IMG/VR virus record: IMGVR_UViG_3300029483_000015
Strand: one strand, 5' to 3'
Source of the DNA: a virus
Length of the DNA stretch: 45,926 nt
Part shown: one piece after another, positions 1-7,817 of the stretch
Position numbering within the stretch: the stretch's first letter is position 1
How the letters are laid out: every line of letters starts with the position of its first letter
Notes under the pieces: model-generated
Database searches by the model: none
Told to the model about the DNA's origin: nothing
Seen by the model: the letters and a program-made list of their open reading frames with translations, nothing else
Translations under genes and position numbers: made by a program

Positions 1-99
1 ATCTTGAATCCTCTCACCCCGACCAGGATTCTTAAAAAGGTCGTCGCAAGACGGCCTTTTTTGTTGTGTCTAACTCTACAGGTCCCTTGCGGCTCTAGG
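1..99 (+). repeat. attL-type copy of the terminal direct repeat (identical to 45828-45926)
   Basis: Base-for-base identity by eye over all 99 nt. Contains hairpin GAATCCT-N12-AGGATTC (6-31) and a terminator hairpin (38-63). The repeat may extend beyond the window. Confidence 0.8.
38..63 (+). terminator. Rho-independent terminator inside the att repeat, probably the 3' end of the host target gene
   Basis: AGGTCGTC-GCAA-GACGGCCT stem-loop followed by TTTTTT. Confidence 0.6.
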
Positions 100-169
100 G
101 AAGCCGAGCGCCGTTTTGGCGCGTATGGGCGTGTCTGCCACTCTCAAACCTTGTGTACAGCTCTTGACG

Positions 170-245
170 GATGTCCACCAAGATGTACACCATAGAACCA
201 CGGTTCGCCAAAACGGCGAAATCTGATCGGATTTTTGGTGTACAT
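170..245. promoter_or_regulatory. Candidate integrase arm-type binding sites (GTACACCA family)
   Basis: GATGTCCACCA (170-180) and GATGTACACCA (182-192) in tandem, with an inverted copy TGGTGTACAT (236-245). The same 8-mer recurs twice next to the right repeat. Confidence 0.4.
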
Positions 246-265
246 CGGGAAAGGAGCCTACTGAG

Positions 266-1621
266 ATGCCTAGAGTTGCAGAGAGGATGACAGAAAAGCG
301 CCTGCGGAGCCTGACGAAAGGTTGCTCCTGCGGCGTCGTTCCCGGCCTTGAGGTGCGCGTGCGCACACTGGGCGACGGGAGCACAGCAAAGTACTTTCTC
401 CTTCGGGACCGCGCGACGGGAAAGGCGTACCAGATCGGGCAATACCCGAAAGTCTCGCTCTCCGATGCTTTCAAGACTGCGGCCGAATGGCGGGAAAAAA
501 TTAAGGCGGGGATTGATCCGGTTGCGGAGAGAAAAGCGCTGCGCATGTCTCTTCAGGCTGAAGAGCCCGCGCCTGCTGTTCTAACTGTCCGGGAGATGGT
601 CTACGGGTGGATTCGGTTCAATGAGGAGCGCGGGAGATGGAAGAACGCTCGCAAGCCGAAGGAGCGCGTATGGGATGGGTACTGCAACAACCACTTCTCG
701 CCGGACTTTCTTTCGATGCCGGCGAAGGACGTGACTGCTGAGCGTCTTTACGATGAGTTGGGGGAGAAGTGGCGCACCATGATCGATACGCCGGAGAGGA
801 TTCTGAGCGATATGCGGAACGCTTTCGACTGGGCGATGCGGCAGGAGATGATTCCCATAATGATGAATCCGGCCCGTGTCGCGGGCGGGAAGCTCGGCGA
901 TATGCTGTCCCTCGCTCGTCCCGAGGGCGGGCACGAACCTGCGCTGCCGCCTAAGCGCATGCCGGCTTTCTTCGCTGAACTGATGAAGCTCGTGCCGCGC
1001 AGTCAGTCCGCGCGCTGTCTGGCCTTTGCCATTCTCACGTCAGCCCGCAATTCGACCGCCAGAGAGGCCACGTGGGACGAGATTCAGCAGGACGATGAGG
1101 GCCAATGGTTCCACGTCATCCCGCGCGAGCGGATGAAAATGAAGTCCGACAAGATTCCTTTTGACCGGAAAACGCCTCTCTGCGCTCCGGCGAAAAGTCT
1201 TCTGGATACCGCTCCGCGCTTCCCGGGCGAAGGCCGCAACTTCATCTTCCCGAACATCAATCAGGGCAACTTATTGCCCTTCTCGCTTGATGCGGTTCGC
1301 TCTCTACTGAAGAGAATGCACGACAAGCAGCGGGCGATCGACGGCATAGGTTGGGTCGATCCGGAGCAAAAGGCGAAGGACGGCAAGCCGAGAATTGTCA
1401 CCCTTCACGGTCTGGCGCGGGCCACTTTCAACACGTGGGCGAAGGACGCGAAGGGTTATGGTCACAAGTCTTTCTCCCGCGACTTGCGGGAAAGCTGTCT
1501 CGATCACCGAAACGAGAGCTATCAGTGCGCCTATGACCGCGAGCAGGCTCTGGGCGACATGAGAGAGGTTTATGACGCTTGGGGAAAATATTGTTGTTCA
1601 ATGTTGACAACAACTCCCTAA
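266..1621 (+). CDS. int: Tyrosine integrase, P4-type
   Basis: 451 aa. The N-terminus (GLEVRVRTLGDGSTAKYFLLRDRATGKAYQIG) is typical of the P4-integrase arm-binding domain. C-terminal catalytic-domain motifs (TLHGLARATFNTWA, CAYDREQAL). Adjacent to att. GGAG before the ATG. Confidence 0.9.
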   Translation: MPRVAERMTEKRLRSLTKGCSCGVVPGLEVRVRTLGDGSTAKYFLLRDRATGKAYQIGQYPKVSLSDAFKTAAEWREKIKAGIDPVAERKALRMSLQAEEPAPAVLTVREMVYGWIRFNEERGRWKNARKPKERVWDGYCNNHFSPDFLSMPAKDVTAERLYDELGEKWRTMIDTPERILSDMRNAFDWAMRQEMIPIMMNPARVAGGKLGDMLSLARPEGGHEPALPPKRMPAFFAELMKLVPRSQSARCLAFAILTSARNSTAREATWDEIQQDDEGQWFHVIPRERMKMKSDKIPFDRKTPLCAPAKSLLDTAPRFPGEGRNFIFPNINQGNLLPFSLDAVRSLLKRMHDKQRAIDGIGWVDPEQKAKDGKPRIVTLHGLARATFNTWAKDAKGYGHKSFSRDLRESCLDHRNESYQCAYDREQALGDMREVYDAWGKYCCSMLTTTP

Positions 1622-1674
1622 GTGATATGATTTTACCTAATCAGTGAATTCGCTGATTCAAAGAGGAAAACAAG

Positions 1675-2034
1675 ATGAAGATTAGTGAGTATGGCAAGCT
1701 TGTCCGAAAAGGTCGGATAGATGCGGGCATAACCATGCTCGATATGGCAAAAAGCATGGGAGTTTCTCCATCTTTTCTCAGTGCAACTGAAGTCGGCACG
1801 AAGAAAATTTCCGACGATTTCCTGAATCGAGTGATCGAATTTTTCGCCTCCAAAGGAATCCACATCAGCGGTATTAGAGAAGCCGCTGACGTGTCAAACA
1901 AGGCGGTTTCTTTGGAGGGACTCTCTACCACTCAGCAATTCCTTGTCGCAGGGTTTGCTCGTGCAAATATGTCAAAAGATCAACTCGATGCCTTTGTAAA
2001 GTTATTAGCTGGCACAAAAAAGGAGGCTAAATGA
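1675..2034 (+). CDS. XRE-family helix-turn-helix regulator
   Basis: 119 aa. GKLVRKGRIDAGITMLDMAKSMGVSPSFLSATEVG is a classic HTH_XRE. RBS AGAGGAAAA upstream. Visibly AT-richer than the rest of the phage. Confidence 0.8.
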   Translation: MKISEYGKLVRKGRIDAGITMLDMAKSMGVSPSFLSATEVGTKKISDDFLNRVIEFFASKGIHISGIREAADVSNKAVSLEGLSTTQQFLVAGFARANMSKDQLDAFVKLLAGTKKEAK

Positions 2035-2552
2035 GTGGACACGGATACAAAGTACCCCCTCGATCCATTAGGAATATTCGGGAAATCGCTGAGGAAGTCC
2101 GCAAAATCGTAGGTGATCCGAGAAAAAATATAGGAATGTTTCTGGAAATCTTACTATTCCAGGGGAAGTTGGATGTGGTCGAGGATAACGATCGCCGGTT
2201 AGCACGGGATGTTGAGGCAGTTTTCATCCCAAATGATCAATGTATTCGCCTTAGAAACCGGGACTATGAGGCGGTAATAACCGGTTCAAACAGAAGATCT
2301 TTATTTACGTTCTGGCATGAGTTCGGTCATATGATCCTGGGGCATGAAAGAACATTCAATCGCGAAGAGTCACAAGAACATAAAGCGTATGAAGACTCTG
2401 AGTGGCAAGCCAACACTTTTGCTGGGGAAATTCTGATGCCGCTTCCAGTTATTGACGAAGAAAATTTGAAGACGCCAAACGTGATTGCGGAAAGGTTTGG
2501 TGTTTCTTACGCAGCTGCCACGTCTAGGCTAAGACAGCTGAAACGAATATGA
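2031..2552 (+). CDS. ImmA/IrrE-family (COG2856) zinc metallopeptidase
   Basis: 173 aa with the HEXXH motif (FWHEFGHMILGHE). ATGA overlap with the XRE gene. Confidence 0.8.
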   Translation: MSGHGYKVPPRSIRNIREIAEEVRKIVGDPRKNIGMFLEILLFQGKLDVVEDNDRRLARDVEAVFIPNDQCIRLRNRDYEAVITGSNRRSLFTFWHEFGHMILGHERTFNREESQEHKAYEDSEWQANTFAGEILMPLPVIDEENLKTPNVIAERFGVSYAAATSRLRQLKRI

Positions 2553-2848
2553 GAAAGGCGCTGAAGAAGTACCAATTCTGCAGCGCCTATAGGGTGTCGC
2601 GAGCGAGTCACCCTTTGATGTCGGTTTCAAGACTCCTTCATTATCAGTGTGAAGGTGCTCGGCGTCAAGCTCATAGCTCGCTCGTGGAGATTTGCCATAT
2701 GGCTCATCCCACGAAGAAGGCCCGAAAGGGCGTAATGAAGCTCGTGTTTTGCACTGTTTATCGTCATTGGCGTACAGGGAAGTTAATGCGAGCTTCTGAT
2801 TATGGCTACAAGGCTTGGCCGTTTAAGGTTAGAGTCCCTGTAGTTTAA
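2549..2848 (+). CDS. Hypothetical basic protein, translationally coupled to the ImmA-like gene
   Basis: 99-aa ORF whose ATG overlaps the ImmA stop (ATGA). It is the only ORF of 60 aa or more across this stretch. No recognisable domain. Confidence 0.35.
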   Translation: MRKALKKYQFCSAYRVSRASHPLMSVSRLLHYQCEGARRQAHSSLVEICHMAHPTKKARKGVMKLVFCTVYRHWRTGKLMRASDYGYKAWPFKVRVPVV

Positions 2849-2857
2849 CCGCAATAA

Positions 2858-2888
2858 CCCCGCCAGCACGACGCTGAGCGGGGTTTTG
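2858..2888. terminator. Hairpin terminator between convergent units
   Basis: CCCCGC-N14-GCGGGG followed by TTTTG. Lies between the plus-strand module and the stop of the minus-strand AlpA-like gene. Confidence 0.6.
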
Positions 2889-2889
2889 C

Positions 2890-3150
2890 TTACGCAGTTT
2901 CTTTCACTTGCTCCGTATGGTTGCCTATCAGTGGAGTGGTGGCGGGTTCAAGGTTTGCAACCCACTTTTGGATGTCTTCAGCTTTGAATCGAGCAACCTT
3001 AGGACCAAAGTAAACCGGTCGCGGGAAGGTGCCCAGCTTTACTAGTTTCCAGACGGTTGATGTTCCGATCCCACAGGAGGCTGCTACTTGTTTGACATCA
3101 AGCATCAATACCCCAATGGGAGATATGTCAGTAGTATTCCTAGCTCTCAT
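2890..3150 (-). CDS. alpA: AlpA-family DNA-binding protein (excisionase / prophage regulator)
   Basis: LDVKQVAASCGIGTSTVWKLVKLGTFPRPVYFGPKVARFKAEDIQKWV matches the AlpA/MerR-like HTH family. Start moved to the ATG at 3150, which has AAGGAG 8 nt upstream. Confidence 0.8.
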   Translation of the reverse strand: MRARNTTDISPIGVLMLDVKQVAASCGIGTSTVWKLVKLGTFPRPVYFGPKVARFKAEDIQKWVANLEPATTPLIGNHTEQVKETA

Positions 3151-3389
3151 TTTGTGATCTCCTTTTGTTCGTAGCAGCAAGATGAGCTTTCAGTGCCCTC
3201 ATCTTCGAGCTCTTTGATTCGTCTTTCAATTAACACGATGAATGCAATGGTGTTTTGAAGGGCTTCGCCTTCTTCGATCAGTTCTTCAGCCCGTTCTCTA
3301 CATACCTCGATGTCCGAGTAAGGCAGGCACAAACGTAGCCTGCTTCCTTGTTCTCTCAGTTCGTCGATGGTGAGTTCATTAAAGTCCAT
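3147..3389 (-). CDS. Hypothetical acidic protein
   Basis: 80-aa ORF in an operon with neighbouring genes. 4-nt overlap with the alpA-like start. Confidence 0.5.
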   Translation of the reverse strand: MDFNELTIDELREQGSRLRLCLPYSDIEVCRERAEELIEEGEALQNTIAFIVLIERRIKELEDEGTESSSCCYEQKEITK

Positions 3390-3410
3390 CGTTCTTCTCC
3401 GACTATTTCT

Positions 3411-3764
3411 TCAAAGCTCAGGTTTCTTCTTGTTTCCGCGCTTTCTATCAAGCTCACGCCGATAGAGCTCGGTTGCAGCGATTGCGATAGAACGTGCGCA
3501 GCTCTTTCGTGAAACCTCACGCCGGTGATCTCCTTCATGGATGAAGATCGCCATTCGAGTGAGCATCTCTGCAAGGATCGTCCAGAGGCCAGTATCGGCA
3601 GTCTTTTTTCCTCGCACCGCAGCTTTCATTTGCAAGACACTAAATTCCGTCACCAACAGCATTGCGTACATGTATTCACGCAATGCATCAGACTGGCTTG
3701 TCTCAGCGTCTTTTGCATACTGCGTTAGGGTTCTCAACGATGAGAGGGGGTAGTTGCTACTCAC
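3411..3764 (-). CDS. Hypothetical protein
   Basis: 117-aa ORF in the early-left operon. No motif recognised. Confidence 0.5.
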   Translation of the reverse strand: MSSNYPLSSLRTLTQYAKDAETSQSDALREYMYAMLLVTEFSVLQMKAAVRGKKTADTGLWTILAEMLTRMAIFIHEGDHRREVSRKSCARSIAIAATELYRRELDRKRGNKKKPEL

Positions 3765-3851
3765 TTTAAAAATCTCCGTATAGCTTCCTGCCCTACACCC
3801 TAGGAAGTCATTACGTTCGCCTCAGAGTGCAGGGCAGGAAAAGCGGTACGA

Positions 3852-4631
3852 TCAGACGTCTAAATATTTCTGAAGGAGGTTTTTGACGTCATCATCAATG
3901 ATTGGTTCTGGGGGTACGCCTGCTCGGACATGCTTCATCCAAAAGTCGAAGCACCGAGTAGCGATCATTTGAATGATCGATTCATTCCGGTCGACTGCGT
4001 AGATGCGAAAGTCTTGGCCGCCGATCAATACAGCGACATAACAAAGCTTTGCGGCAGTGACTGCCATGTACCACTGAACTTGTGTTTCGTAATAGAGCGG
4101 GATCTTGTGTTTGGAGGTGATCTCCCTCTTGATGATCTCTGCTTCTTGCGAAAGTCCCCAGTGTTCAGCCATCAAGGCATTCGCAGTCTTGCATTCGAGC
4201 AAGGTGTCTGTTGTCAGCATCAATTTTTGGACATTCCAGATTGACGCAGGATTTGTGAGGCGAACATCGGCAGAAATCCGGTGATTGATCACTGCTCTGT
4301 CGATGTTTGCTAGCGCCCACTGAGTTGGAGTGCTAGTACCTATGTAGTGATCGAGGTTAGAAGCAAGCTGGTGGTAGACGCGCTGAATCATGAATCCAGT
4401 TCGTTTTGAAAATTCTTGAGCCACGATGCTCTCAAGTTGAGTCCCCCAGTAAGCAGCCTCGCTAGGTGCTCGGTCCTCGGTGATTTCTGTGGTTTTCTCT
4501 CTGTAGATGTCAAGAGGAGTGCGGTATGGATTGATACCGAGAATTGCAGCAACATCAGATCCACCGATACCTTTTTGTCGAGCCTTAAGCCATTCAATCC
4601 GATTAGTCACGGTGCGCTCCGATGAAGGCAA
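3852..4631 (-). CDS. YqaJ-like recombination exonuclease
   Basis: RIEWLKARQKGIGGSDVAAILGINPYRTPLDIYREKT is the YqaJ/lambda-exo family N-terminal signature. 259 aa. Confidence 0.85.
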   Translation of the reverse strand: MPSSERTVTNRIEWLKARQKGIGGSDVAAILGINPYRTPLDIYREKTTEITEDRAPSEAAYWGTQLESIVAQEFSKRTGFMIQRVYHQLASNLDHYIGTSTPTQWALANIDRAVINHRISADVRLTNPASIWNVQKLMLTTDTLLECKTANALMAEHWGLSQEAEIIKREITSKHKIPLYYETQVQWYMAVTAAKLCYVAVLIGGQDFRIYAVDRNESIIQMIATRCFDFWMKHVRAGVPPEPIIDDDVKNLLQKYLDV

Positions 4632-4864
4632 AGAGAATCCAGGTGATGAGGTTTCTGAGCATGGTTGTTCTTAGCTTTGATGCGCCAATCAGGCAATAGA
4701 AGGAAGGAGTGAAGTCGCCACCGATTGCCGCAGGCACGCATAGTTCTCAGGTAATAGTGTTCGGCGCCGTCAGTCCAGAGATCCAAGCAGCGAGTGTTCG
4801 TCACTGGGTGAAGTCTCTTGGCCAGTTCCTTGGCGCGAGTGCCGAAGAAGTAGACGGGCTTCAT
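4607..4864 (-). CDS. Hypothetical protein
   Basis: 85-aa ORF overlapping its neighbours by a few codons. Confidence 0.4.
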   Translation of the reverse strand: MKPVYFFGTRAKELAKRLHPVTNTRCLDLWTDGAEHYYLRTMRACGNRWRLHSFLLLPDWRIKAKNNHAQKPHHLDSLCLHRSAP

Positions 4865-5043
4865 GCGGCATTCCTTTGAAAGAAAGCGAGGATGCGAGCG
4901 ATGAAGGTCTTTGAATGCGTCGGCGGCTGCGCAGCTTTTCTAGCTTTCTTTGCACGTGCTGACCGCGTTTTGATTGCTCTACGTGCATCACGACTCAATT
5001 CGTGCTTAGGGCGCCGATGTGGGTGGGAGGGAATACTCATCAT
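4861..5043 (-). CDS. Hypothetical small basic protein
   Basis: 60-aa ORF. ATGA-type overlap with the downstream gene. Confidence 0.35.
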   Translation of the reverse strand: MMSIPSHPHRRPKHELSRDARRAIKTRSARAKKARKAAQPPTHSKTFIARILAFFQRNAA

Positions 5044-5055
5044 GCAGGCTCCTCA

Positions 5056-5331
5056 TTACGCCCCGCGGGACTTGTAGAAATTGTGCCAATCCTGAACGAG
5101 TTGGTTGAATTCCTTGGTCTTGCTGATTTTTTTACTTAGCCACGATTCAAAATCCTCAAGTGAAGGATCTTTGACGCAGCGGCTGTACCATTGGTAAACG
5201 ATAATTGCCTCACGTCCGCGGGCTGCGATTGCTTCTTGGGTCGCTAATTCGAGTCTTGCGCCCAGAGCAACATTCAAAGCGGCGCCGCCAACTAAGTGTT
5301 GCAGCGCGGTGGTGATGACTTTGACGTTCAT
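5056..5331 (-). CDS. Hypothetical protein
   Basis: 91-aa ORF. GGAG-like sequence upstream of the start. Confidence 0.5.
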   Translation of the reverse strand: MNVKVITTALQHLVGGAALNVALGARLELATQEAIAARGREAIIVYQWYSRCVKDPSLEDFESWLSKKISKTKEFNQLVQDWHNFYKSRGA

Positions 5332-5342
5332 TGGCTGAACTC

Positions 5343-5504
5343 CTAAAAAAGTACGTAACCATTAAGAACTGCCCACTGCATGAGCAGGCAGAGTGAGATA
5401 CCGAGAGCGCTGATACCGGCGCCAGTCAGAAAGGCGCAGAAGATGATTGCGGTATCGCTGAACCCAGTACGTTCGTTGTGGCCGAGAAGTTTTTTCAACG
5501 TCAT
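5343..5504 (-). CDS. Small membrane protein (53 aa, below the ORF-track cutoff)
   Basis: Hand translation: MTLKKLLGHNERTGFSDTAIIFCAFLTGAGISALGISLCLLMQWAVLNGYVLF. One clear hydrophobic segment. Confidence 0.35.
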   Translation of the reverse strand: MTLKKLLGHNERTGFSDTAIIFCAFLTGAGISALGISLCLLMQWAVLNGYVLF

Positions 5505-5513
5505 GTCGTTCTC

Positions 5514-5550
5514 GGAAAAAAGAAAGGCCCCGGATTTCTCCGAGGCCTTG
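5514..5550 (-). terminator. Rho-independent terminator after the Rha-like gene
   Basis: Minus strand reads AAGGCCTCGG-AGAAAT-CCGGGGCCTT followed by TCTTTTTT. Confidence 0.6.
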
Positions 5551-5570
5551 AGGTTAGAAAAGTGTGTCAG

Positions 5571-6455
5571 TTACGCTGCCTGATGGCTCAGCCAGTGTTT
5601 GTAGCAAGGGAGCTCCTTGACGCTGTATCCGATCTTGTCGAGAGAGGACTCAAGGTTCGGCCAGTTGAAGTCGTGAACGGCTTCCCACATGGATGCAGCG
5701 TATGGCGAATCGACGCTCCGCAGGAATTCGACGTAGCGTTCAAGGTTTGCTCGGTGGAGGTAGCGCCACGTGTAGACGAGAGAAAGAAGCTTCTCCATGA
5801 AGTCAGCTTTCACGGTGTAGACCTTCGGCGGGATCGGCTCGTCGTGATAAGTGGCAGCCTCGATGCGCTTCATCTGAGCCTTTTCATGCTCGATGCATTC
5901 TTCACGCGTCATGATTTTGACTGACTGGATGAAGGAGATTGCGGCCTCGAAGTCTTTTTCGAGAATCCGCTTGTAGCTGGGGACGTTGAAATGATTTTTC
6001 AGCGCCGAGTAAATCGTTTGATAGTTGATCCCGTAGCCTTCGGAGCGGCGGCCTACTGCTCTTTGGATTTCGCGTTGCTGTGCGTCGGTGATATATGCCG
6101 GAGCGGGAGGATTCTTCAGCGCCTGTTCCATCCGCTCGAACTCATCGTAGAAAGCACACTTGAATTCGAGCGCCTTAGCACCGGTAAAGCCCATAGCCAA
6201 TAGACAGAAGCCCTTGCGATCCATCCAGTACGCAGGAACCTTTCGAGTAGCACCCTTGTCGTTCAGACTGACTGTTTCTGAGTATCGCGCAAAATTGCGT
6301 AATACTTGAAGTTCTTGATTTTTTGCAATTAGGTCATCTACCGCGCGAACTACGTCGCTGTGCTTTTTGCCAAAGTATTCTGCAACTTTGAAGCTGGACG
6401 TAACCGCACGGCCTTCAACCACACGGAAGGCATTTTGAACAATGTTCTGAGCCAT
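5571..6455 (-). CDS. Rha-family phage regulatory protein / antirepressor
   Basis: The N-terminus (RAVTSSFKVAEYFGKKHSDVVRAVDDL ... WMDRKGFCLLAMGFTGAKALEFKCAFYDEF) matches the Phage_pRha family. The central ITDAQQREIQRAV..YKRILEKDFEAAISFI resembles the ORF6C-type antirepressor domain. Start set at the ATG at 6455, which has AAGGAG upstream. Confidence 0.8.
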   Translation of the reverse strand: MAQNIVQNAFRVVEGRAVTSSFKVAEYFGKKHSDVVRAVDDLIAKNQELQVLRNFARYSETVSLNDKGATRKVPAYWMDRKGFCLLAMGFTGAKALEFKCAFYDEFERMEQALKNPPAPAYITDAQQREIQRAVGRRSEGYGINYQTIYSALKNHFNVPSYKRILEKDFEAAISFIQSVKIMTREECIEHEKAQMKRIEAATYHDEPIPPKVYTVKADFMEKLLSLVYTWRYLHRANLERYVEFLRSVDSPYAASMWEAVHDFNWPNLESSLDKIGYSVKELPCYKHWLSHQAA

Positions 6456-6678
6456 TGTGAACTCCTTTACATATTTGATTAATCGCCCCTTTTGAGAGGG
6501 CGGCCAAGCGCTCAAAACCGTGTAAAGGCGGCGGGCATATTTCCCTTTCGGGTTTTTTATTAGCCTCACGCTCAGCCATGAGCTGAGCTATCCGCGCCCA
6601 TAGGGCTACAGATACAAAAAAATCCGCATGACTGACAGGGCGGAATCCGCTTTACAGGTGTTTTGAGCACCTGAGCGC

Positions 6679-6707
6679 AGTATGCCCGAATCTGCAAGCG
6701 ATGTCAA
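6679..6707 (-). promoter_or_regulatory. Candidate sigma70 promoter for the Rha / early-left operon
   Basis: Minus strand reads TTGACA-17 nt-CATACT. Confidence 0.4.
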
Positions 6708-6813
6708 AATTCAGGTTCAAGCCGCCTCCCGGAGCGTGCCTTGCATGGGGGCGCGGCATTCTTGGAATAAATGCCGGGGAAGCGGCCTGAAGCTGGGCTC
6801 TCATAGGAGAGCA

Positions 6814-6847
6814 TGAAAAAGCCCCCGCACCTTTCGGTACGAGGGCC
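6814..6847 (-). terminator. Rho-independent terminator ending the pL-like operon
   Basis: Minus strand reads GCCCTCGTACC-GAAA-GGTGCGGGGGC followed by TTTTT. Confidence 0.55.
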
Positions 6848-6866
6848 TGATTGTTCGCGTCAGCGG

Positions 6867-6962
6867 TTAGTGACGATGCTTTGGGGGAAGACCGCGAAGT
6901 AGGTACAGGGCGAATGCCGCACCGATTACGCCAAAGATGGCTACTAGCGTCCATAAGTCCAT
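6867..6962 (-). CDS. Tiny membrane peptide (31 aa)
   Basis: Hand translation: MDLWTLVAIFGVIGAAFALYLLRGLPPKHRH. Starts 2 nt after the stop of the upstream gene. Confidence 0.3.
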   Translation of the reverse strand: MDLWTLVAIFGVIGAAFALYLLRGLPPKHRH

Positions 6963-6964
6963 GT

Positions 6965-7171
6965 TCATCGCTCCAAAAGGTATGTGAGTAAGAGGCTGAC
7001 CGCCAAGAACCCCAGTCCAATCAACGCCCCTTGGAAGTTGTACTGGAAAAGCCCTAAGGCCAGACCTGCAACACCTACTTTCTCATAGATGTCGGCGATC
7101 CTTTTCACTAGAGCCCGTTTTTGATTGTCAGTAAGTGTCACGTCGTATCCCCGTGTGTCTCTGCAATCCAT
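6965..7171 (-). CDS. Small membrane protein
   Basis: 68 aa with a hydrophobic C-terminal half (VGVAGLALGLFQYNFQGALIGLGFLAVSLLLTYLL). Confidence 0.5.
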   Translation of the reverse strand: MDCRDTRGYDVTLTDNQKRALVKRIADIYEKVGVAGLALGLFQYNFQGALIGLGFLAVSLLLTYLLER

Positions 7172-7182
7172 TATACGAAAAG

Positions 7183-7231
7183 CCCACCTCAGCCCGCTCT
7201 TGAGAATGGGCTGAAGTTGGCCTTCTCCCTC
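7183..7231. promoter_or_regulatory. Box-plus-hairpin element, copy 1
   Basis: Hairpin CCCACCTCAGCCC..GGGCTGAAGTTGG followed by TTGGCCTTCTCCCTC. See copies 2 and 3. Confidence 0.5.
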
Positions 7232-7298
7232 TGGGGTAAGCTGAACTTGTCGCGGCTCTCACATTGCGACTTTGTTCAACTACCTCAGAGGAGAAAAC

Positions 7299-7598
7299 AT
7301 GAGTGTTTATGACGTGCTTGCTCAAGCGATTGAGGAGCGCCGGGTGGTGACATTCACATACGATGGATTCCTGCGCGTCGTTGAGCCTTTCTTGCTCGGC
7401 ACCACCACCGCAGGGCGTCCCGCGCTGCGCGCTTACCAAACAGCAGGCGGTAGCAGGTCAGGCACAGTGCCCGGGTGGCATCTGTTCTCGCTTGGCAAAA
7501 TCGTTGGCCTAACCACATGCCAAAAGCAATTCTCCGGTGAGCGACCGCTCTACAACCCCGCTGACGAAGGTATGCAATCCATCGGCGTTCATATTTAG
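7299..7598 (+). CDS. Small WYL-like (SH3/Sm-like beta-barrel) protein, paralog 1
   Basis: 99 aa. RVVEPFLLG..LRAYQ..GGSRSG..WHLFSLGKI follows the RxVxP / aromatic-L-x-A / W-x-F-x-L-x-x-I pattern of WYL domains. GAGGAG RBS. Start chosen at the ATG at 7299. Confidence 0.6.
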   Translation: MSVYDVLAQAIEERRVVTFTYDGFLRVVEPFLLGTTTAGRPALRAYQTAGGSRSGTVPGWHLFSLGKIVGLTTCQKQFSGERPLYNPADEGMQSIGVHI

Positions 7599-7617
7599 CC
7601 TGAGCGCCGCAGTTACA

Positions 7618-7647
7618 CGGCCCCGGCGGAAGCGCGGGGCCGTTGTG
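7618..7647 (+). terminator. Hairpin after paralog 1
   Basis: CGGCCCCG..CGGGGCCG followed by TTGTG (weak U-tract). Confidence 0.4.
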
Positions 7648-7702
7648 AACTGCACAATCGCTGTCGTGTTGAATCATTAAATAGTCCTCTTAAAAGACTC
7701 AC

Positions 7703-7746
7703 TACTGCGCCAGGGAAGACAGACGCAGTAATTGGCCTTTTCCCTC
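7703..7746. promoter_or_regulatory. Box-plus-hairpin element, copy 2
   Basis: Hairpin TACTGCG-N14-CGCAGTA followed by ATTGGCCTTTTCCCTC. Confidence 0.5.
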
Positions 7747-7817
7747 CTCGGGTGAGATGATTGAATCGTCGAGGCTCGTCACGTTTCGACGCTTTGTCAA
7801 CTACCCAAGGAGAGAAA

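Noticed and set aside
1-24. A tRNA or tmRNA 3' end in the att core (..TTGAATCCTCTCACCCCGACCA, ending in CCA)
   Set aside because: The putative T-loop lacks the invariant TTC(R)A pattern in any register. The segment pairs better as a plain hairpin, GAATCCT-N12-AGGATTC. The 5' part of any tRNA would lie outside the window, so it cannot be confirmed.
3852-5331. A RecT/Erf-type annealase partner for the YqaJ exonuclease among the neighbouring small ORFs
   Set aside because: The adjacent ORFs are only 60-91 aa and show no annealase motifs. The exonuclease appears to stand alone, or to use an unrecognised partner.
6652-7020. A 122-aa minus-strand ORF
   Set aside because: It overlaps two small membrane-protein ORFs in another frame and runs through a terminator and a candidate promoter. 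Its composition looks non-coding.
7354-7677. A 107-aa minus-strand ORF starting just after box-hairpin copy 2
   Set aside because: About three-quarters of it overlaps the better-supported WYL-like paralog 1 on the opposite strand, and its sequence is Arg/Cys/Ala-rich and low-complexity. Only its first ~25 codons lie in intergenic DNA.
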